64,000 nucleotides of DNA from an uncultured Desulfospira sp. (GCA_963663165.1 OY760175.1:1920001-1984000); one strand, 5' to 3'. Shown: positions 1-10,916, counted from the first letter of the stretch. The notes: generated by a model not told the origin, from the sequence alone. Translations and numbers: made by a program.

Positions 1-260
1 TAATGTCTTGTATAGCTGATATCAACTCAACAACCTTTTCACCTGAGCGAACGAACAATAGCGGAAGAACGTCCTTCATTTTTGATAAAGCCTGTGCAAA
101 ATTCGGCTTATATTTATACATCCGATCCTCAGTATTTTTGTCAATAATGGTCTGAGTGGGAAAAGCTAATATTGATGTCAGATTCTTTGAGAACACTCTC
201 GCATGGAAATCCTGGTAAACGGACAGGACTGATTTTCCGGTGAAATTTTCTATTTCTATC
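1..260 (-). pseudogene. IS4-family transposase, 3' part
   Basis: Removing the inner IS and one TSD copy restores ...KQWIEIENFTGKSVLSVYQDFHA..., which runs off the window edge. Confidence 0.8.
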
Positions 261-1571
261 CAGTAGTGTCCGGTTAGGTTCTTGCATATAAAAACCCATT
301 AAATTTATTGAAAATTTTTTATTTTTTCTATTGACAAATGTGCGCAAAAATTTTTGCGCGCCTTGAAAATTTTTCTTTCAAGGAGGCCAATATGGCGCAC
401 ATTTCAGTCCCGAAAAAACCAATACAGTCCCTGAATTTTGACAATTTCTTCTTTCCTTTGATAAAGTTGCATCCCATGGCACCAGAATTAAAATCACGAG
501 GTGATCGGCCTCTGAAAATGACATTTGAAGACCAGCTAAAAGCGTTGGTATATTTTCATCTTCAAGAACACAAATCTGCTCGACACCTGATCCAGGATCT
601 CAAAGAGAATGTTTTTGCTAAAGAGTATATTGCTCCAGATGGTGGTATCAGCCGTAGCAGTTTTTCTGAGGCGATAAATCACCGGGGTCTTGAACAGCTG
701 CAATTCCTTTTTGAAAATCTTTATAAACAAGCCCGCAAGGTACTCCTCAAAGAACATGCGCAATTGGGAGAGTTAGTTTCCATCGACGGCAGTTTAATTG
801 ATGCGGTTTTATCAATGCACTGGGCTGATTACAGAAAAGGAGCTAAGAAAGCAAAAGCGCATTGTGGGTTTGATATCAACCATGGCATCCCAAGCAAAAT
901 ATTCCTTACAGATGGCAACGGTGGAGAGCGTCCTTTTGTAATGCGTATCCTTTCCAAGGGGCAAACCGGTGTGATGGATCGAGGGTATCAATCGCATAAA
1001 GACTTTGATCTGCTTCAGGAAGAAGGCAAACATTTTGTTTGTCGTATTAAAAGCAAAACAACCCGAACCGTAATCGAAAAGCATGCGGTAAACCCTGACA
1101 GCCATATTTTTTATGATGCATTGGTCCTGCTTGGTACTCCTAATCAGAATCAGACCGTCAAACCTGTTCGAGTTGTCGGTTATGAAATTGCAGGGGTCAA
1201 ATACTATGTGGCCACTGATCGACATGATTTAACAGCAGAACAGATAGCCAGTGTGTATAAACTCAGATGGACTATTGAAAATTTTTTCAAATGGTGGAAA
1301 GAGCATTTAAAGGTGTACCATTTGATTGCCCGCAGTGAATATGGGCTTATGGTTCAAATCCTTGCAGGCCTTATCACTTATCTCCTGCTGGCAATCTACT
1401 GCCGGGAACAGTTTAACGAGAAAGTCTCCATCAAAAGAGTCCGGCAGTTGCGTACTGCAATTCTTAATGACCTTTTCACCGGCCACAATGGACCACCGGA
1501 TTCAGACAGGGACAGTATTGTCAAAGAACAAAAAAAATTATCACAAGCAAAAACCTAACCGGACATTACTG
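261..1571 (+). mobile_element. Complete IS4-family element (1311 bp)
   Basis: 20-bp TIRs CAGTAGTGTCCGGTTAGGTT / AACCTAACCGGACATTACTG (1 mismatch); 9-bp TSD ATTTCTATC at 252-260 and 1572-1580. Confidence 0.95.
392..1558 (+). CDS. IS4-family DDE transposase
   Basis: SIDGS, VMDRGY, YKLRWTIENFFK motifs; AGGAGG RBS before ATG 392. Confidence 0.93.
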   Translation: MAHISVPKKPIQSLNFDNFFFPLIKLHPMAPELKSRGDRPLKMTFEDQLKALVYFHLQEHKSARHLIQDLKENVFAKEYIAPDGGISRSSFSEAINHRGLEQLQFLFENLYKQARKVLLKEHAQLGELVSIDGSLIDAVLSMHWADYRKGAKKAKAHCGFDINHGIPSKIFLTDGNGGERPFVMRILSKGQTGVMDRGYQSHKDFDLLQEEGKHFVCRIKSKTTRTVIEKHAVNPDSHIFYDALVLLGTPNQNQTVKPVRVVGYEIAGVKYYVATDRHDLTAEQIASVYKLRWTIENFFKWWKEHLKVYHLIARSEYGLMVQILAGLITYLLLAIYCREQFNEKVSIKRVRQLRTAILNDLFTGHNGPPDSDRDSIVKEQKKLSQAKT

Positions 1572-2626
1572 ATTTCTATCCATTGTTTCATAGTCTTGTA
1601 GTCTTCTTCTACAGGCCACCTCAAATGATAAAGTTCAGAAAACTGATTATGCGTAAAGGTTTGTTTGTCAATGATGGATGTAATGAGGATTTCAGCTTCG
1701 CCTGTCTCTAACTCAATCCGAATCAATCGTAGTTTTAATGGCTTTAAATCAAGCCCCATTTCTTTGCATTGTTTTATTGAACTGGGGAATGGCGTCAAAG
1801 ATATGATTTTTTCCTTCTTGCCTGAATTATAAAATTGCCGGACTATTTTCCATCTTTTTAGCTGAATCCGGGCGCAAAAATCGGCACCTTGATTGAGAAT
1901 GAGATTAAACAGCCAATATGCTGGATAGCCCCTGTCCAGAAGTATAAGGTCACCTGGTACCATTTTTAAACAATGGAAGGCGGCCAGTTCACGTTCTCCA
2001 GTTTCTTTGGGGACAATTTGAGCGTCAACAGTTATTTTGTTGAGTGGATCGAACATCTGAGAAATGCGGGCCATGGGGCATTTTTCTCCCTGGCGTGGAT
2101 TCCATGCTCCAAAATGTTTTAATATTGATTCAATCCGGGGCAGTTGAGCTGTCGACCCGTCTATAGCAAGCAGATTAAAACCCTCCCATCTCAAGGGGGC
2201 AAAATTCTGATAGAAAAAATCTATCTGCTGATCATTAAGCTCGGAGAATGCCTCGTATTTTAATTTCATCCTGGCTTTGGTCAAGGCTGGCTTGGAGATA
2301 AATCGCCTTATAACATCAAACCCGAATATGGCTTTAAAGAAATGGTCGAGTTCATCCTGATATGAACCCTTGACCAAATTCATCAGGAAAAATATAAGTA
2401 TTGAAAAGGACAGTTTTCTGTTACGGGTGAAATTTTTTGGACTTTGGCGGTGTTGATTGATAAAATTTGAAGAATTGATATTTTTTTTAAGAAAATCAAT
2501 TAGTTTGGCACATATATTGGAAAGCAGGTTCCGTGCCAACCGGTGTAAAATTGTTATCAAATTTCGACATGATATGCTCCTTTTTTTATGATAATTGGCT
2601 GTTATTATTAGAATTGAGTATATCAT
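1572..2626 (-). pseudogene. IS4-family transposase, 5' part (disrupted; start uncertain)
   Basis: Motifs LLAIDGST, LLDRGYP, YHLRWPVEEDYK; reading frame broken at the inner IS junction. Confidence 0.85.
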
Positions 2627-3310
2627 GTCGATTTCATTTTTTCAATGATTTTATCATTAATATCAGCAAGTTAAACACAAAATCTTCTTAAGTTAATGAC
2701 ATTGAGTGATCATTCACTAAAATTTTAGGTGTATGGCCCTACTTTCGAATCCCCCTTTCTCATATTCTTGCACTCTACCCAGAATATCGAAAGTATAACA
2801 TTCTAAAATTTGCATAGCCAAACAACACGCGGCACCAAATCCCCTTTTGATCATCATGGCACCAATGGGACACAGGCCATTCACTGGGCATGTCTTGACG
2901 CAAATTCGAAATTCAGCCCATGCATTGAAAATTATATTCAAAGCAGGGGCTTTTACTCTAAAAACAAATTGAACAAACGCTGGTATTGTCTTAGATTATA
3001 TGCAAGTTCTATGCAAAAGGAACCGATTGCGAATAGGGTGTAGGAAAGAAAATCCGGGGAAAATATGGAAACCTTTTCCAGTTCAGCTTTTTTGGCTGAA
3101 AAATAAATTATAATTATTTTGTGAATCTAATTTATGGAATTGTAAGATCCCATATTTAAAGCATATATCAGGGTTGGTGTGTAATCCTGGTAATAGTTTT
3201 GGGAAATAAATGTAATAGTGCTATGTAAAATTTTTCCTAGCAAAGGGATCGCGGTCCTTGAGACCGGACGGCCAAGGATGGACAATGGGAGAATAACCTG
3301 ACAGGGGGCG

Positions 3311-3736
3311 CTATTCTATATTTTTCCAAGGATTTAATATGGTAACATTGGTGGGGGAAAAGTCTTTCTCATTTCTTGTTACAACAATTAAATTGTGGGC
3401 TTGAGCCACTGCCGCGATCAAGCTGTCTGCGGTTGCAACCGGCGTTCCGTTATCTTCTGCTTTTCCTTGAATACTCCCCCAACTTTCTGCAACGGCTAAA
3501 TCAACAGGGTAGATTCTTGCCTGGTAATCCTCCAAAAGGGTATTCAGCCAGTTTGTGAGCTGATGTTTCTTATTTGAGTTCTGTAGTTTTGTGATGCCTT
3601 TGCGTATTTCCCCAATGGTTATAACAGATAAAAAAAGTCTCTTATCAGGTATCTGGTTTATCCAATTGATGACTTTTTCATTAGGCGTTGCCCTGACCAA
3701 TTCTGATATCACACAGGTATCTAGTAAATAATTCAA
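3311..3736 (-). CDS. vapC: PIN-domain type II toxin
   Basis: YLLDTCVISE, DSLIAA, VVTRNEKDF; overlaps the antitoxin stop. Confidence 0.93.
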   Translation of the reverse strand: MNYLLDTCVISELVRATPNEKVINWINQIPDKRLFLSVITIGEIRKGITKLQNSNKKHQLTNWLNTLLEDYQARIYPVDLAVAESWGSIQGKAEDNGTPVATADSLIAAVAQAHNLIVVTRNEKDFSPTNVTILNPWKNIE

Positions 3737-3984
3737 AGTTCAATATCCCTGGGATAGTCTTTTTGTCTTTCAAACTCAAAATCGTCATCCATCTTGGGGC
3801 AACTTAAAAGAAATTCTTTTAATGTCGGTTTTTTGGTGGTGATTTTTTGATATTCTTTAACGGACAGGATAACCACAGCTTCTTGACCTCTGCGGGTTAC
3901 GAATTGTGGTCCTGCTTTCAATGCATTTTCAACAACCTGACTGAATTTCGCTTTGGCATCTTGTAATTTCCATGATTTTTTCAT
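3733..3984 (-). CDS. Phd/YefM-family antitoxin
   Basis: WKLQDAKAKFSQVVENA..GPQFVTRRG. Confidence 0.92.
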   Translation of the reverse strand: MKKSWKLQDAKAKFSQVVENALKAGPQFVTRRGQEAVVILSVKEYQKITTKKPTLKEFLLSCPKMDDDFEFERQKDYPRDIEL

Positions 3985-4006
3985 ATCCCCCCCTGTATAT
4001 GTTGTT

Positions 4007-4042
4007 ACTAGTCAGTCTAGTCTATTTAAAATGCTGAGTCAA
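4007..4042 (-). promoter_or_regulatory. sigma70 promoter with overlapping operator for the TA operon
   Basis: TTGACT-17 nt-TAGACT; palindrome ACTAG-N5-CTAGT over the -10. Confidence 0.6.
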
Positions 4043-4080
4043 TTTTTTTTCTGGTTATGGCAGGGTGGAATACAGAGGGA

Positions 4081-4830
4081 TCACATGATCAGTGATGACA
4101 GGCCTTTGAGAATCAGGCGGGCTGATACAAAAATCAGCAAAAGGCCCAGGATTCGCCGGAACATGGTTTCGGATATGGATTGAAAGGTTCGGTTGCCCAG
4201 AAAGATGCCCAGAAACATGGCCGGGATCATCAAAAGCCCGTAGCCCACCAGCTGGAAGGTTAGCAGCCCGTTGGCCATGAATGTTGCTGTCTGGGCCATG
4301 GCGGCCGGGATGAAAATAAGCACCAGCAGCCGTCGCAGGAACCGCTTGTCCAGGTACCGGCCGAAGTGAAGGATCAGGGGCGGGGCATTGATCCCCACAA
4401 ACCCGCCGCAGAATCCGGCAAAGGCGCCCACCCCAAGGTCCATGGCCCCGGCCTTTTGGGGCGTTTGCCGCCGCGTTTTGGGGCTGGGGGCGCGAAACAG
4501 GAAATAGAAAGCTGTGAGAAGGAAAACCCCGCCGAGAACCAGCTGAAACGGTTGATTGGGGATGATGCCAAGGGTAACGGCCCCGACAACGGAGCCTAAA
4601 ACCATAAAAACCGATACCGGTATCCAGTAATACCGGGAAAGGGGCAAGGGATCCACCCGAAGCATGCTCAGCCCGCCGAAAATGTTAATAAAGGAGGCCA
4701 GAACAATGGTGAGCTTCGGATCAATCACCAGGGACCCCAACGCCACAATGACCATGGTGGTGCCGGTTCCCGTCACCCCTTTTAGAAAAAAGGCGGTCAG
4801 GGCAACCAGGGGAATGAACAGGTATTCCAT
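4081..4830 (-). CDS. TSUP (TauE/SafE) family transporter
   Basis: About 8 TM segments with two Gly-rich repeats (KGVTGTG, GFCGGFVGINAPP); start placed at ATG 4830 because the ORF extension crosses a repeat hairpin. Confidence 0.85.
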   Translation of the reverse strand: MEYLFIPLVALTAFFLKGVTGTGTTMVIVALGSLVIDPKLTIVLASFINIFGGLSMLRVDPLPLSRYYWIPVSVFMVLGSVVGAVTLGIIPNQPFQLVLGGVFLLTAFYFLFRAPSPKTRRQTPQKAGAMDLGVGAFAGFCGGFVGINAPPLILHFGRYLDKRFLRRLLVLIFIPAAMAQTATFMANGLLTFQLVGYGLLMIPAMFLGIFLGNRTFQSISETMFRRILGLLLIFVSARLILKGLSSLIM

Positions 4831-4847
4831 AATTTTTTTAAAAGAAC

Positions 4848-4927
4848 CTGGGATTTGAGACTTGGGATCTGGGGTTCCCCTGCGGTTCTTTTCGCAAATC
4901 CCAAGTCCCAAATCCCATATCCCGATC
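4848..4927. repeat. Inverted heptamer array (GGGAYYT family)
   Basis: GGGATTT/GAGACTT/GGGATCT units facing TCCCAAG/TCCCAAA units; related copies at 8781-8863, 10374-10408, 56887-56968. Confidence 0.85.
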
Positions 4928-4995
4928 TTTCAAGCCTATGTTGTGGACGAAGTGTCTTTCAAGAGATAAATTCACCCGATGGTTGAAAAGTCAAA

Positions 4996-5772
4996 TCACC
5001 CCAGTATCAACCGCTGGGGATCGCAAGTGTTCCTGAGAATGTCCAGTTCTACTTTGGTGGGCGGTTCGGCCTGCACGGCACTTGCCACATCCATGTCAAA
5101 CCCGGTGTTGTCCAGGATATCCTCCGGGGTAACTCCGGGATAAAACCGGTCCAGGATCATTTTCTTTGTATCCGGATCAAAACGCATGACCCCGAGGTTG
5201 GTCACCACCACAGAAACCCCGCCGGGCCTGAGGCCTGCTTCTTCCCGCTCATTGCCGCCGCCAAGCTGGCCCGGGCTGGTCAGGTAATCCAGTTTCGGGA
5301 CAAACTTTCGTTTCTCATGCTGCATAAAGGCAATGCAGCGGGGAACAAAGCTGGCCACATCGCACCCGCCGCCGGACCCGGAAAACCGGATGTCCGGGGA
5401 ATAATAATCCCCGATGCAGGTGGTGTTCAGATTGCCGTACATGTCGATCTGGGCCGCGCCCAAAATGGCGATGACCTTGCTGCCGGTGATGGGGTTCTGC
5501 ATGGTGGCAAAGGCATCGGTCAGCCGTGAATTGGCCGCCGCCCAATACATGATCCGGGGATCGGCCACGGCAAAGGGCAGTTCTTCGAGCAACGAATCCA
5601 TGGCCCCGGTTTCAAAAAAAATCACGCTGTCCGGCGCGTTGATGTTTTTGGCGGCCATGGCCGCGAGCATGGAAATGCCGGTGCCGGAAAACACGATATC
5701 CCCGTTCCTGATTTCCCGGGCCGCCATGATGGTCATGATTTCCCGGGGGGTATAGTCTTTGGCCTGTTCCAT
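4996..5772 (-). CDS. CoA-transferase subunit B (glutaconate CoA-transferase GctB-like)
   Basis: FFETG (putative catalytic Glu), LGAAQIDMYGNLN, GSGGGCD, LDYLTSPG. Confidence 0.9.
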   Translation of the reverse strand: MEQAKDYTPREIMTIMAAREIRNGDIVFSGTGISMLAAMAAKNINAPDSVIFFETGAMDSLLEELPFAVADPRIMYWAAANSRLTDAFATMQNPITGSKVIAILGAAQIDMYGNLNTTCIGDYYSPDIRFSGSGGGCDVASFVPRCIAFMQHEKRKFVPKLDYLTSPGQLGGGNEREEAGLRPGGVSVVVTNLGVMRFDPDTKKMILDRFYPGVTPEDILDNTGFDMDVASAVQAEPPTKVELDILRNTCDPQRLILG

Positions 5773-5773
5773 A

Positions 5774-6751
5774 TTAGTCCCTTTTCATGTTGACGCTGTA
5801 GCCGGTTCTCTTGTCCGCACGGATGGCCGCAAGCCGCTCTTCTCCCACAAGGGCCATGAATTCTTCATGGTCACGGGGGCCGTAAATGTACTTGTCCTGG
5901 TAGTTTTTGAAGGCTGCGTCGTCCCGGGCCGCATCGGCAAATTGTTTCAGGTATTGGGCATCATAGTCATAATGGCCATATACCGCCGAGGGGTACCCGC
6001 CCAAAGGCACATGGCAGACCGCAGACACATGGATAAACGGGATCTGGTTTAAATCCGGGTTTTCCCTTAAGGCCTCTTTTTCAACCAGTTCTTCGCAGGT
6101 AACGATCACGGCCCTGGACGCCTTGACCTGTTCAATATCGGCAAAGGTCAGGCCCTTGATGCGGCAGGTGCCCATGGCATCGGCCTGCTGGACATGGATA
6201 ATGGTGACATCCGGGGTAATGGCCGGGACCAGGACCACCTTGGAGGCCCCGGCAAGGTTGCCGAAGGGGTTGTCCATGACCACCAGTTTTTTGTCCACGA
6301 TTTTGGGGTCCTTTTCTCTTACAGCGGACGGGATCCCCCATTGGGTGATGATCTGAGAGCCCAGCCCAGACAACGTGGGCAGAAACGGCACCCCCATGGC
6401 ACCGGCCAGGAACCTTAAGCTCATCATATAGTTGGAATAATCTTCAAACAAAATCTCGTTGTTCCGGCAGGCCCGGGCAAACCGGATACAGGTCGGGGCG
6501 GCCTTGCCGTTGCCGCCATAGGCGATTTCAAGCTTGGATACGGCGCCTGCCCCGATCAGCTCATCAAGGCCGGTACCGTTGGAATGGGCATAAAGGTGGA
6601 GGTCTGTTATCCCCTGCCGGATAATTTCATACACCGCGGCCATGGGATTCCGGTTAAGGGTAAACCCGCCGATGGAAATATGGGATCCGTCTTTGACGTA
6701 TGTTTCAATGGCCCGGGCCAGGGGGATTACCTTGTCGTTCTGGTTGGTCAT
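5774..6751 (-). CDS. CoA-transferase subunit A (GctA-like)
   Basis: GGFTLNRNPMA, RFLAGAMGVPFLP, PDVTIIHVQQAD. Confidence 0.9.
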   Translation of the reverse strand: MTNQNDKVIPLARAIETYVKDGSHISIGGFTLNRNPMAAVYEIIRQGITDLHLYAHSNGTGLDELIGAGAVSKLEIAYGGNGKAAPTCIRFARACRNNEILFEDYSNYMMSLRFLAGAMGVPFLPTLSGLGSQIITQWGIPSAVREKDPKIVDKKLVVMDNPFGNLAGASKVVLVPAITPDVTIIHVQQADAMGTCRIKGLTFADIEQVKASRAVIVTCEELVEKEALRENPDLNQIPFIHVSAVCHVPLGGYPSAVYGHYDYDAQYLKQFADAARDDAAFKNYQDKYIYGPRDHEEFMALVGEERLAAIRADKRTGYSVNMKRD

Positions 6752-6770
6752 TATGAAGTCCTTTTTCAAC

Positions 6771-8762
6771 TCAAGCACTGGGGTTCACTTTTTGAAGTCC
6801 GCAAGCCAGACATAACGCCGCAAATCCTGCCGCATCCGCCCAATAGGCCGGCCAGAGCAGGCCGGCGGCCGCCCCCCAGAAAAGCAGGGTTTCCAACACG
6901 GTGGCCTTCCTTAAAAAGTACCGCTCCAGGGCCGAGGCAAAGGCAAACAGCCCCAGGGTCGTGGTGACCATGGTCAGGCCCACCTCCCAGTGAAACAGGT
7001 CATAGGTCTCCCCCATGCCCAGCAAGGGGCGGTAAGCCATGACAATGGGGATGATGTAAAGCCCCTTGGCCAGTTTCCAGGACACAAAGGCCGTTTCCAT
7101 GGGATTGGCCCTGGCAATACCGGCCCCGGCAAAACTGGCCAGGCTGACCGGCGGGGTCACATTGGCATCCTGAGAATACCAGAAGACGATCATGTGCGCC
7201 ACCAAAATGGGAACCCCCATGTCCATCAGTGCGGGCCCGGCCAGAGTGGCCAGAACAATATAGCTGGCCGTTACCGGCAGTCCCATGCCCAGGACCAGGG
7301 ATGCGCCGCCGATGAGCAGGATGGCCAGCACCTCAATGCCGAAACTCAAGTCAAGGACCAGGCTGGAGAACTTGAGCCCCATGCCCGTAAGGCTGACCAT
7401 GCCCACGATAATGCCCGCCGCCGCACAGGCCACCGACACCATGACCGCATTTTTGGCCCCGTTATCAAAGGCCGATATCACGGATTTTCCCTGGTCAAGA
7501 CCAAACCGGAATAAAGAGGGTTTGGCTTCCCGGGTCGTGGACCACTTGACCAGGTTGGCGGCAATGCTGATGAGCAGTGTGCTGACCACGGCAATAAATC
7601 CGGCCATCATAGGCGAGTAGTTGGAGACCAGGACATAGATCAGGATCAGCACCGGAATAATAAAATGAAGCCCTTCCTTGATAACGTTCATCAGTTTGGG
7701 AAGGCTTTCCTTGGGCTGTCCCTTGAGGCCGTATTTCTGTGCCTCATAATGGACAAAGATCAGAACCGTCAGGTAATACATGATGGCCGGGACCAGCGCC
7801 ACCTTGATGATGGTCAGATAGGGGGTGTTGGTGAATTCGGCCATTAAAAAAGCGCCGGCCCCCATGATGGGGGGCATGAGCTGGCCGCCGGTGGAGGCGG
7901 CCGCTTCTATGGCGCCGGCCACATGGTTCCGGTACCCCACTTTTTTCATCATGGGGATGGTAAAGGATCCTGTGGCCACCACATTGCCCACGGCTGAGCC
8001 CGAGACAGATCCCATAAATCCAGACGCCACTACGGACGCCTTGGCCGGCCCCCCTGAAAAGCGGCCGGTCAGGGCATAGGCAATGTTGATGAAAAAGGCC
8101 CCGCCCCCGGTGGTTTCCAGGATGGCACCAAACAGGACAAACACGAACACAAAGGTGGCGGCCACGCCGATGGGGAGTCCGAAAATCCCTTCAGTGGTCA
8201 GCCAGAGGGTGGTGGTGATCCGCTCGATACTGTATCCTTTGTGCATGATCAGTTCGGGCATATAGGGACCGTACATGGCATAGAGTATGGCCACGGCACA
8301 GATCCCGCTCATGATTCCCCCGATTACCCGCCGGCAGGCTTCCAGCACCAGCAGGGTGCCGATTAAACTGACCACCCGGTCATGCATCAGCCAGTCGCCC
8401 TGGCGTTCAAAAATAGCGGTCAGGTTGACGCAGATGTAAGCCGTGCAGTAGATGGACAGGGCCACCAGGACCCAGTCCAGAAAAAGGAAAAAGGAAAACC
8501 GGTCCTTTTGGGCTTTCTTATGGGCCGGCCGCAGTAAAAAGGTCAGGGTCAAAATCGCCCCCAGGTGGACGGCCCGCTGCACAATGGCCGTCATGGCCGT
8601 CACCCCGGCCGTATAAAGCTGGTACAGGCTTAAACTCACGGCCACCACCATCACCACCCAGGCCGTTATCTTTACCAGGTTCAGATTAGCTGATGAAATA
8701 TGCGGGGCAACCTCGACATCATTTGCTATGATTGTATCTGCTGTGATTGAATTATCGACCAT
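6771..8762 (-). CDS. TRAP transporter fused permease (TAXI type)
   Basis: GGPAKASVVAS, AAASTGGQLMPPIMGAGAF, LGMGLPVTASY. Confidence 0.95.
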   Translation of the reverse strand: MVDNSITADTIIANDVEVAPHISSANLNLVKITAWVVMVVAVSLSLYQLYTAGVTAMTAIVQRAVHLGAILTLTFLLRPAHKKAQKDRFSFFLFLDWVLVALSIYCTAYICVNLTAIFERQGDWLMHDRVVSLIGTLLVLEACRRVIGGIMSGICAVAILYAMYGPYMPELIMHKGYSIERITTTLWLTTEGIFGLPIGVAATFVFVFVLFGAILETTGGGAFFINIAYALTGRFSGGPAKASVVASGFMGSVSGSAVGNVVATGSFTIPMMKKVGYRNHVAGAIEAAASTGGQLMPPIMGAGAFLMAEFTNTPYLTIIKVALVPAIMYYLTVLIFVHYEAQKYGLKGQPKESLPKLMNVIKEGLHFIIPVLILIYVLVSNYSPMMAGFIAVVSTLLISIAANLVKWSTTREAKPSLFRFGLDQGKSVISAFDNGAKNAVMVSVACAAAGIIVGMVSLTGMGLKFSSLVLDLSFGIEVLAILLIGGASLVLGMGLPVTASYIVLATLAGPALMDMGVPILVAHMIVFWYSQDANVTPPVSLASFAGAGIARANPMETAFVSWKLAKGLYIIPIVMAYRPLLGMGETYDLFHWEVGLTMVTTTLGLFAFASALERYFLRKATVLETLLFWGAAAGLLWPAYWADAAGFAALCLACGLQKVNPSA

Positions 8763-8864
8763 TGTATACCTTCTTGTTTAGGGACATGGGATTTGGGACC
8801 TGGGACCTGTGGGTGCTCTGCAGCTATTTTCCGCAAGTCCCAGGTCCCATATCCCAAGTCCCCC

Positions 8865-9389
8865 TTAAGTCCATTCTTTCTTTAACGTGAACCACCATTG
8901 GTGGAGCAGGCTCACCGGACGGCCGGAGAACATGACCGCCTCATGGGCCAGGGTTTCAGACAGGTTAAACCGTTTATCCCGCCAGATCAGGGTATGGTCC
9001 ACACCGGGGCTTCCCACCCTGAGGATAAACTCGCCCACGGGCATGTGCATGTCCGTAATGACTTCGTAAATGCCCTGTTTCACCATCCGGCCCACCCCCG
9101 GCATCTTTCCCATGCCGGCGCCGAATTTTTCATATTTCTCCTCTTCGATATAGATATGGCCGCTGGCATCCATGCTGTGGGACTCCCAGATCGGGGCGTT
9201 TTCCACAGAATGGTAATAGTGGATAGTAAAGCGTTCTCCAGGTTCCAGGGGCAGCACCATAACGGTGCCGCCCCCGTTGACCTTTGTCAGCTTGAGCCCA
9301 AGGCCGCCCGGGGTCAGCCGGGCGGTCAGGAGCATGGAAAACAAAAGGCCCAGAACGCAAAAGGCAATTAAAGAAAACCGACGGATCAT
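8865..9389 (-). CDS. DUF1850-like protein associated with TAXI transporters
   Basis: FTIHYYHSVENAPIWE and FGAGM motifs; lies between the TAXI SBP and permease. Confidence 0.8.
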   Translation of the reverse strand: MIRRFSLIAFCVLGLLFSMLLTARLTPGGLGLKLTKVNGGGTVMVLPLEPGERFTIHYYHSVENAPIWESHSMDASGHIYIEEEKYEKFGAGMGKMPGVGRMVKQGIYEVITDMHMPVGEFILRVGSPGVDHTLIWRDKRFNLSETLAHEAVMFSGRPVSLLHQWWFTLKKEWT

Positions 9390-10354
9390 GGTTTCAGGCG
9401 GTCAGGAACCGGGATGCCTTTTTCTTCCAAATATTTGAGGGTTCCCGGATGCAGGGGAATGGAGGAATACTTAACCGTGTTTTCAGGCGTTGTATAGGCG
9501 GCTGACGGGTGGATCTTGACCAGGTAGTCGTTGTTTTCAAACAGGGCTTTGGCCAGCTTGTACACCAGGTCCGTATCCAGAGATTTCTGGCAGATCATCA
9601 CGTTCCACACCCCGATGGTGGGAACGGGCTTGGCAACCCCGCGGTAAATGCCGCCGGCCAGTTCCACCCCGGCATAGGTCGATTTGGCGGCCAGTATTTT
9701 ATTGGTCTGCTCCGGGGTAAATCCTAAAATATTGATCTCATGGGTGGTGGCCAGATCCAGTATGGAGCTGGTCCCGGGGCCCACAGACCAGATGCCCACT
9801 TCGATGGTGCCGTCCCTTAAGGCATTGGCACTTTCGGTAAAGGACAGGCGGCTGTCTTTAAAGGAATCCGTGGTGATTCCCAAGGCATTAAGGACGGCTT
9901 CCGCCATGAAGTTGGTGCCGGAACCCGGGCTTCCCGTTGAAATGTTTTTGCCGGTGACCTGCTCGATATTGGTGATGCCGCTTTTCTTTAAGGCCACCAC
10001 CTGGAGCAGGTTCGGATACATGATGGCCATGGACAGGATGTCATGTTTTTTGCCTTTGAATTTCCCGTCACCGTTGTAACCGGCCACGGCCACATCCCCC
10101 ATAACTTCCCCGATAACGGTTTCGCCCTTGTGGGCGAGTTTGACGTTTTCAACACTGGCACCGGTCACTTCGGCCACCGCCTTGACCCCGTCCACCTTTT
10201 TGGACCAGACTTCAGCCACGCCACCGCCGTAAGGGTAGTAAATACCGCCGGTACCGCCGGTGCCGATACTGATGAAAGTGGTTTTAGCGTAAGCTGTGCC
10301 CATAACGGCCAGCCCGAAGATAAGCGCGGAAAAGAGGATAATTCTGGTTTTCAT
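9386..10354 (-). CDS. TAXI-family TRAP solute-binding protein
   Basis: Signal peptide; IGTGGTGGIYY, TGASVEN, GSPGSGT, IPLHPG. Confidence 0.95.
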   Translation of the reverse strand: MKTRIILFSALIFGLAVMGTAYAKTTFISIGTGGTGGIYYPYGGGVAEVWSKKVDGVKAVAEVTGASVENVKLAHKGETVIGEVMGDVAVAGYNGDGKFKGKKHDILSMAIMYPNLLQVVALKKSGITNIEQVTGKNISTGSPGSGTNFMAEAVLNALGITTDSFKDSRLSFTESANALRDGTIEVGIWSVGPGTSSILDLATTHEINILGFTPEQTNKILAAKSTYAGVELAGGIYRGVAKPVPTIGVWNVMICQKSLDTDLVYKLAKALFENNDYLVKIHPSAAYTTPENTVKYSSIPLHPGTLKYLEEKGIPVPDRLKP

Positions 10355-10430
10355 GGATCTTTTCTCCTTTTTTAGAGACTTGGGACATGGGACTTGAGAC
10401 CTGGGACTGCCTTACGAAACGTCTTCTAAA

Positions 10431-10486
10431 GTCTAATGTCTAATGTCTACAGTCTAAAGTCTATAGTCTAACGTCTACAGTCTAAT
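10431..10486. repeat. Heptamer tandem array GTCTANN x8
   Basis: gtctaat gtctaat gtctaca gtctaaa gtctata gtctaac gtctaca gtctaat. Confidence 0.9.
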
Positions 10487-10487
10487 T

Positions 10488-10916
10488 TTACTTACTGAGG
10501 GTTTTAATCACTAGATCAATCTTGCCCGGATAGCCGTTAACCCCTTTTACAGGGTATTCAAACTCCATGGCTTCCCCGGGTTTCATTAACCCTTTTTTGG
10601 TCGTCCGGGGCAGGAGGCCGCCCACGGCCTTACCGTTTTCAAGAAAAATGTTGACTTTGAACCGTTGGTCTTCCGCGCTGATGTTTTTCACTGCAACCTT
10701 GAAATGAAGGGTGTCTTCACCTTCCCACGGTTTGAGAACACATGAAAAATCTTCCAGGGATGCCTCCGGTGCAATGGTTTGATTGATGTCTGATGCCTTT
10801 GCACATGAGAAGCTTTCTCCGGGTTTGGGTTTCGGTGCTGAACAGCCTGCCAGGACCATAATCCCGACGATGATCACCAGCCATGCCCACGCAAATTTGT
10901 GTTGGTGCTGACGCAT
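10488..10916 (-). CDS. Hypothetical lipoprotein
   Basis: Lipobox LAGC; first gene after the sigma54 promoter. Confidence 0.7.
   Translation of the reverse strand: MRQHQHKFAWAWLVIIVGIMVLAGCSAPKPKPGESFSCAKASDINQTIAPEASLEDFSCVLKPWEGEDTLHFKVAVKNISAEDQRFKVNIFLENGKAVGGLLPRTTKKGLMKPGEAMEFEYPVKGVNGYPGKIDLVIKTLSK

Larger units (their letters stand above)
1..2704 (-). mobile_element. Outer IS4-family element, interrupted by a second IS; other end lies outside the window
   Basis: Terminus CTTAAGTTAATGACATTG at 2687-2704; DDE transposase on the minus strand, split by the inner IS. Confidence 0.85.

Noticed and set aside
2717..3240. Short ORFs and a sigma54-like TTGCAT-N5-TTGCA at about 3001-3016 (minus strand)
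   Set aside because: The invariant -24 GG is missing and the ORFs have no recognisable features
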